Source: Pseudobacteriovorax sp. (GTDB lineage Bacteria > Bdellovibrionota_B > Oligoflexia > Oligoflexales > Oligoflexaceae). From it: 11,178 nucleotides of DNA. Of the stretch, positions 6,435 to 11,178 are shown in pieces. The stretch is taken from NCBI GenBank assembly GCA_050293845.1, contig JBNKNM010000187.1, positions 1 to 11,178 of the forward strand, read 5' to 3'. The notes under the pieces are model-generated. The model ran no database searches. It was given only the letters and a program-made list of their open reading frames with translations, and was not told where the DNA came from. Position numbers and translations under genes: made by a program. How positions within the stretch are numbered: position 1 is the first letter of the stretch; the number at the start of each line of letters is the position of its first letter.

Positions 6435-8241
6435 GTGCGTTGATGCCGTTTTTAATAATCTTTCGCCACCCCCTAAGATAACTCTTTCAGAGTGGGCAGA
6501 CAAATACAGGCAGCTTTCCCCCGAATCTTCAGCAGAACCAGGACAATGGAAGACAGATCGTGCTCCCTATCAAAGGGGCATGATGGATGTCTTTTCTGAT
6601 CGGACCATTCACACTGTTGTCGATATGACATCTAGCCAGGTAGGAAAGACAGAAAAGCATCTTAATACCCTTGGTTACTTCATAGACTATGATCCCGCTC
6701 CAATTCTAGTCGTTCAGCCAACAATAAAAATGGCTGAAGCTTTCTCGAAAGACCGCTTAGCTCCCATGATTCGTGACTCTCCTACTTTGGCCAAAAAAAT
6801 TATGTCAAAGAAAAAGGGCGACTCTACGATCTACCACAAAAAATTTGTTGGTGGTCATGTAACCCTAGCCGGGGCTAACTCTCCAGCCTCCTTGGCATCA
6901 AGGCCAATTCGCATTTTACTTTGTGATGAGGTGGACCGCTGGCCGGCCTCAGCCGGAACAGAGGGCGACCCACTTAACATTGCGAGAAAGCGGACTTCTA
7001 CTTTTCACAATAGAAAGACGATTTTATCCTCAACCCCAGGCAATAAATACATTCCTGGCGAGGGTGGGTCTCGAATCGAGTTTGCGTGGCTCCAGTCTGA
7101 CCAGCGCCATTATTTTGTTCCCTGCCCCCATTGTGATCATGAGCAACACCTAGAATGGGAGCAGGTCAAGTGGTCTAAGGATGAGTTAGAAAACGATTTA
7201 GCCAAAACGGCATACTATGAGTGCAAGTCATGTAAAGGGGAGATCTACGAACACCACAAGCTTAAGATGCTAAGGCGCGGTAAATGGATCGCCACGGCTA
7301 CCAGTGATGGCATCGCAGGATTTCATCTTAACGAATTGTATTCACCCTGGAAAACGATTGTCGAAGTCGTCGAGGAATATCTCGAAGCCAAAGATGATAT
7401 TGAGCTTTTTAAGGTCTGGGTCAACACCTCTCTAGGGCTGCCATTTGAGCATAAAGGTGGTGACCAACCTGACTGGAAAAAGCTCTATGATCGCCGCGAG
7501 AATAGGCCCGAGGGCAAGATTCCTGCAAAAGTAGTCCTTCTAACTGCAGGTGTTGATGTGCAGCAAGATCGCTTAGAGGTCTCCATAGTAGGTTGGAATC
7601 GTAAGAGGTCTTGGCTCATTGAGCACAGAAGGCTTATTGGAGATACAGCAAATGAAGAAGTCTGGAATGATCTTTCTGAATTATTGGATCACGAATACGA
7701 TCACCCAAATGGCGAAAAAATTGCGATCCGCGTTCTCGGAATTGATTCAGGATATCAAACCTCCAAGGTATATGATTGGGTACGCAAGAAAAGTAAGCGT
7801 CGAGTATTTGCGTTAAAAGGCCGTGACCAACTCGATACCCCTGTTTCTGCACCATCCGTCATCGATGTCAATTTCAGGGGTAAAAAATCTCGGGTGGGGA
7901 TAAAGTTGTGGAAAGCGGGGGTTTCAGTCCTAAAATCAGAGCTTTACGGAAGATTAAATATCGAAAAACCCACTGATAGTCAGCTAAAAATAAAAGGGTA
8001 TCCGGTTTCCTGGGTTGCCTTTCCTCAAACTGATGAGGAATATTTTAAACAGCTTACCGCTGAAACCTGCGTTCTAGAAAAAACTTCCAGCGGTCACGCA
8101 AAATATGTCTGGAAAAAAACCTATAGAGAAAATCACGCTCTAGATTGCTTTATATATGCCATGGCTGGATTCTATGTCATTGGTGCCAATAAATGGGGTG
8201 CTGAAAAGTGGGACGAGCTGTCAAGCTACTACCAAGCATAA
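6421..8241 (+). CDS. terL: Phage terminase large subunit, lambda GpA family
   Basis: SEWADKYR, Walker A SSQVGKT, Walker B ILLCDEVD, SSTP, a Zn ribbon CPHC/CKSC and nuclease motifs AGVDVQ, IDSG and NHALDC. Confidence 0.97.
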   Translation: MLALECVDAVFNNLSPPPKITLSEWADKYRQLSPESSAEPGQWKTDRAPYQRGMMDVFSDRTIHTVVDMTSSQVGKTEKHLNTLGYFIDYDPAPILVVQPTIKMAEAFSKDRLAPMIRDSPTLAKKIMSKKKGDSTIYHKKFVGGHVTLAGANSPASLASRPIRILLCDEVDRWPASAGTEGDPLNIARKRTSTFHNRKTILSSTPGNKYIPGEGGSRIEFAWLQSDQRHYFVPCPHCDHEQHLEWEQVKWSKDELENDLAKTAYYECKSCKGEIYEHHKLKMLRRGKWIATATSDGIAGFHLNELYSPWKTIVEVVEEYLEAKDDIELFKVWVNTSLGLPFEHKGGDQPDWKKLYDRRENRPEGKIPAKVVLLTAGVDVQQDRLEVSIVGWNRKRSWLIEHRRLIGDTANEEVWNDLSELLDHEYDHPNGEKIAIRVLGIDSGYQTSKVYDWVRKKSKRRVFALKGRDQLDTPVSAPSVIDVNFRGKKSRVGIKLWKAGVSVLKSELYGRLNIEKPTDSQLKIKGYPVSWVAFPQTDEEYFKQLTAETCVLEKTSSGHAKYVWKKTYRENHALDCFIYAMAGFYVIGANKWGAEKWDELSSYYQA

Positions 8242-8320
8242 TTTAAAATTTGTTTTTCCCTTATTACTTACAGAAATCATTGAACGGAATCTTTTTTGCG
8301 CTCGTTAATATGTATATTTC

Positions 8321-8343
8321 TGCAAAGCTTCGTATTCCCAAAC
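8321..8343 (+). repeat. 23-bp dispersed motif, copy 2 (downstream of terL, left of inserted lipoprotein gene)
   Basis: TGCAAAGCTTCGTATTCCCAAAC; 22/23 identical to 10149-10171. Confidence 0.85.
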
Positions 8344-8512
8344 CTCTTTTCAGCCCAGTAAAGTCTACCTCTTGATTTACCCAAGGTAAACACCGTCAAA
8401 CTGTCCATAGATTTTAAAAACTTCCCTATTCTGGGCTTATTGGAAAATAGGTCCTATTTATTTAAGCGCATCCGCTATTACGCGAAAGTAATGCTTAGGG
8501 TTGATATGATGT

Positions 8513-8539
8513 TAAATTTTTTACCTCCTTCTCCGATGT
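8513..8539 (+). promoter_or_regulatory. Putative sigma-28 (FliA-type) promoter
   Basis: TAAATTTT-N11-TCCGATGT, with the same spacing as 229-255. It ends 32 nt upstream of ATG 8572. Confidence 0.55.
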
Positions 8540-8571
8540 TTAAATGTATTCTTTTAGAGAAGGGTATTGTA

Positions 8572-9921
8572 ATGATAAGCAAAAAATTAATGGTGTTCTG
8601 CACATTTTATGCAGTAATAGCTGCAAGTTGTGGTAAAGACGAAGAAGAATCCCTTGGAACACTAAAACTATCAATGACAACGACTGGTCAACCGAGTTCA
8701 TCGTTGAAGTTAGCCTCAGCCAATGATTTTTTAAACTCATCCATTGCATCGGGGGCCCCCGATTCTATGACGCTCTATATTAAGCGCATTTCGTTAAAAG
8801 AAACCGATGAAGGTGCTCCGTTTCCTATTTTTTATGAGGAGTCAGGTAAACCCATTAAAGTTTCTGCTGGTAAAATAGATATAAGTCAACTTTTTACCTT
8901 GTATGAATGTATTGGCAGCGCTGGAGTTCCTGTGGAAGGAGTAGGGGAATGTCCCTGTGGACTTGATGAGGATGACAAGCCGGTCGCAAGCAATAGCGAT
9001 GGTACTTGCCCTGAGGGTGAAGGTACGAATGCAGTGGCTATAGCTGATGCCCAAGAAGGGTCGTTCAAGTATCTTGAAATGGAATTATTGATGCGTGGTA
9101 CCATTAAGGGTTGTGTCACGGGAAATTTCCAAGGGGGCGATCAATCAAATAGTGCAGCAACCCAGGGAGAGCATACCTATTGTACACAGGAGTCGCTACA
9201 CACCTTTCAGGATTCCCAGGGGGCTGCTTCAGCTAGCGATTTCGAAAATGTTTCTGCAGAAGATATGAAGTTTCAAATCTCTCTAGGTAACGAGTTGATC
9301 TCTGATGAAACAGCCACAACAACTCTCAACATACCGTTAACTGAAGAAATAACCATTTCAGGTGATAGCTCACCGACAATGACGATGGTTATTGACACCA
9401 ACCGTATGCTAAGGTTCTATAATAAGAACTTCGAGCAAAGTATTAATCCAGGAGTGCCCAAGGATCGTGCATTCTTTTTTAATACTGTATTTGATTACTC
9501 CACTTTCGCTTTTGTCGGCAGTCCTGGAGATATTCGTGGCTTTCAATGGTGGACAGAAGCCTGTTCAGGTACGGTAACTAACGATCGACTCTGTACCTCA
9601 GGTTCAAATGTACAAACCGTTGCAGGATGGGTTACAGTTGTCAAAGGTAGCGATGACAAACCTTTGGTCGTAGGTTTTATGCCAGATGATGATAACTCAT
9701 GGACTATCATTAAAGGATCAAACAAGTCTGCAAGTGGCTTAGATCCAGATGCCTTTACATCTTCTGGATCAGCCTATGATATCGGCTTTCAGTTAGGAAC
9801 CGATGGATCTGGGGTGATCTACGGTTTAGAGCTTGATAATGACCTGGGAACTATCCAAGAGTCGACTTTCGAAGGTTTGCAAGACTCCTATGGAAAGATC
9901 TACCTAGATCGCAAACTTTAG
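8572..9921 (+). CDS. Acidic, Cys-rich lipoprotein of unknown function (449 aa), moron-like insert between terL and gpW
   Basis: The start is reassigned from 8440 to ATG 8572 (SD-like GAGAAGGG at 8557-8564). This gives signal peptide II MISKKLMVFCTFYAVIAAS-C. Multiple Cys and beta-rich segments. Confidence 0.85.
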   Translation: MISKKLMVFCTFYAVIAASCGKDEEESLGTLKLSMTTTGQPSSSLKLASANDFLNSSIASGAPDSMTLYIKRISLKETDEGAPFPIFYEESGKPIKVSAGKIDISQLFTLYECIGSAGVPVEGVGECPCGLDEDDKPVASNSDGTCPEGEGTNAVAIADAQEGSFKYLEMELLMRGTIKGCVTGNFQGGDQSNSAATQGEHTYCTQESLHTFQDSQGAASASDFENVSAEDMKFQISLGNELISDETATTTLNIPLTEEITISGDSSPTMTMVIDTNRMLRFYNKNFEQSINPGVPKDRAFFFNTVFDYSTFAFVGSPGDIRGFQWWTEACSGTVTNDRLCTSGSNVQTVAGWVTVVKGSDDKPLVVGFMPDDDNSWTIIKGSNKSASGLDPDAFTSSGSAYDIGFQLGTDGSGVIYGLELDNDLGTIQESTFEGLQDSYGKIYLDRKL

Positions 9922-9950
9922 GCGAGAAGGGAAGTCACAATTGTTAAATA

Positions 9951-9981
9951 CCACAGGTTGATCTTGCTTGTGGGTCTCTTT
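9951..9981 (+). terminator. Possible terminator hairpin after the inserted lipoprotein gene
   Basis: CCACAGG (9951-9957) pairs with CTTGTGG (9967-9973) including one G-U pair, followed by an imperfect U tract GTCTCTTT. Confidence 0.35.
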
Positions 9982-10148
9982 AATTAAGGCCTTAATAACT
10001 GACCTGCCAGATAATGAAAGTATTCTACCAAAGTTGTCTATCTAATATAAGCCTTATCAGATTTGGTTAAAAAGGTTGAAGTAAAACAGGTTAGTCCCTC
10101 CTTAGCGCAAAAGTTACTTTTTGAAGAAGCAAGTTAATTTGAAAAATA

Positions 10149-10171
10149 TGCAAAGCTTCGTCTTCCCAAAC
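10149..10171 (+). repeat. 23-bp dispersed motif, copy 3 (upstream of gpW)
   Basis: TGCAAAGCTTCGTCTTCCCAAAC; 22/23 identical to 8321-8343. Confidence 0.85.
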
Positions 10172-10231
10172 TCCTAATCCATGTTTTAGTATCGACCCTG
10201 GTAGAGACTCTAGACCAGGGAAGGTCATATT

Positions 10232-10426
10232 ATGTGGACAAATGAGGATTTGCAGCGACTTGAAAAAGCAATCTCGCTTGGCACATTAAAAGTTAAATTC
10301 GCTGACAAGGAAGTCACCTACCAAGATATCTCCGAAATGCTGAAGGCACGTAGCACGATGTTACGTGTCCTTAGGCAACCCACATTAAAAACGAATGTCA
10401 TCTCGACTTTTGACAAAGGACTATGA
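10232..10426 (+). CDS. Phage head-tail joining protein, gpW-like (64 aa)
   Basis: MWTNEDLQRLEKAISLGTLKVKFADKEVTYQDISEMLKAR matches the gpW-like pattern (LxxLExAIAxGxxxVxxxDxxVxY). Located immediately before the portal gene. Confidence 0.9.
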   Translation: MWTNEDLQRLEKAISLGTLKVKFADKEVTYQDISEMLKARSTMLRVLRQPTLKTNVISTFDKGL

Positions 10427-10427
10427 A

Positions 10428-10511
10428 ATGGATTTCTCAGTCTACTTTACAATTGGACTTTTTTTAGGTTTACTCATTTACTATATTTGCGATGATCGTT
10501 TAAATCCATGA
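10428..10511 (+). CDS. Putative 27-aa single-TM microprotein
   Basis: MDFSVYFTIGLFLGLLIYYICDDRLNP*. SD AAAGGA at 10415-10420, starts 1 nt after the gpW stop, and has an ATGA overlap with the portal start. Confidence 0.6.
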   Translation: MDFSVYFTIGLFLGLLIYYICDDRLNP

Positions 10512-11178
10512 ACTTTTTGGATCAAACAATTGAATATATCGCACCTCAGTGGCAGGCCCGAAGATTAAGAGCTAGGGTTACCATCGATGCTATGACCCGT
10601 ACATTTGAAGCTGCTTCTAGGAGCAGCCGCACGAAGGGCTGGAGGACGGTATCATCTTCAATTAATAACGATCTGAAAAAAGACCTTAAGCTAATTGTTT
10701 CAAGATCTCGCTATCTTTGTATCAATAACGCTTATGCCAAGCGCGGCATTAATGCCATTCCCTCGCACGTAGTAAGAAAAGGCATCGTTCCGAATTTCAC
10801 TGGTTCCACTAAAAAATTTGAAAATGCTTTTAAAAAGTGGGCTAGATCAACCAAGTGCGATTATGAAGGAAGACACAATTTATATGGTCTGCAATGGCTA
10901 GCCATGAAAACCATTGCTGAATCCGGTGAAGTTCTCATTAGAAAAAGGATCTATCGCCTTGATTCTGGTTTGAAAATACCGCTTAAGATTCAGGTTCTTG
11001 AACCTGATTTCCTAGATACCAATAGACCAGGAACTAAGCAAGGTATCGAGTTTAATGAGGATGGGGAAAGGATCGCCTATTGGATCTTTACCTCCCATCC
11101 TGGTGAGCCAGGTCCACGTCCTTTATCTGTCAGGGTCCCAGCAGACGAAATTATCCATGCATTCGAAACCTTAAGACC
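10508..11178 (+). CDS. Phage portal protein, lambda family (partial, runs off the window)
   Basis: Translated by hand: MNFLDQTIEYIAPQWQARRLRAR...FEAASRSSRTKGW...SRSRYLCINNAYAKRGI...CDYEGRHNLYGLQWLAMKTIAESGEVLIR...LKIQVLEPDFLD...GIEFNEDGERIAYWIFTSHPGE...VPADEIIH. Open to the end of the window. Confidence 0.95.
   Translation, partial: MNFLDQTIEYIAPQWQARRLRARVTIDAMTRTFEAASRSSRTKGWRTVSSSINNDLKKDLKLIVSRSRYLCINNAYAKRGINAIPSHVVRKGIVPNFTGSTKKFENAFKKWARSTKCDYEGRHNLYGLQWLAMKTIAESGEVLIRKRIYRLDSGLKIPLKIQVLEPDFLDTNRPGTKQGIEFNEDGERIAYWIFTSHPGEPGPRPLSVRVPADEIIHAFETLR

Larger units (their letters stand above)
5698..11178 (+). mobile_element. Prophage (or phage-derived element) DNA packaging/head module, lambda-type; continues beyond window
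   Basis: Gene order cos-terS-terL-(insert)-gpW-portal matches lambda Nu1-A-W-B. Confidence 0.9.

Noticed and set aside
6923..7855. Short alternative-frame ORFs inside terL (6923-7153, 7619-7816, 7634-7855)
   Set aside because: Fully nested in a conserved terminase gene with no independent evidence.
8440..8571. 44-codon N-terminal extension of the second lipoprotein
   Set aside because: It would bury the signal peptide and span the promoter candidate. ATG 8572 gives a canonical lipoprotein signal.
8540..9725. Minus-strand ORFs 8540-8749, 8842-9054, 8886-9119 and 9543-9725
   Set aside because: Antisense shadows of the lipoprotein gene.
5926..10171. The 23-bp motif read as a CRISPR repeat, integron attC or sigma-54 promoter
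   Set aside because: Copies are kilobases apart with no cas genes, there are no RYYYAAC/GTTRRRY attC boxes with an internal dyad, and the reverse-strand GG-to-GC spacing is not the 10 nt that sigma-54 requires.

Overview
This window has an accessory region on the left and the start of a lambda-type prophage head-packaging module on the right, almost all on the + strand. The left side holds a truncated IS3-family remnant (orfA end, A7G frameshift site, stub of orfB), an acidic Cys-containing lipoprotein with a sigma-28 (FliA)-type promoter, and about 1 kb of AT-rich non-coding DNA. Next is a tightly coupled AT-rich four-ORF operon: a divergent 4Fe-4S uracil-DNA-glycosylase-like protein, a 2-TM protein with a PLD-like fold, an ASCH domain and a tandem GNAT acetyltransferase. 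The last two ORFs meet at an A10 slippery tract that would fuse them. The phage side has a candidate cosQ/cosN site, terS (Nu1-like), terL (GpA-like), a second sigma-28-type lipoprotein inserted inside the packaging operon, gpW, a 27-codon membrane micro-ORF and a lambda-family portal gene that runs off the window. A 23-bp motif occurs three times at phage gene-block boundaries. The best candidate for a new system is the UDG/TM-PLD/ASCH/GNAT operon, a possible base-modification-linked antiphage module; its function is inferred from domain content only. All protein family calls come from motif recognition by eye, not database searches.
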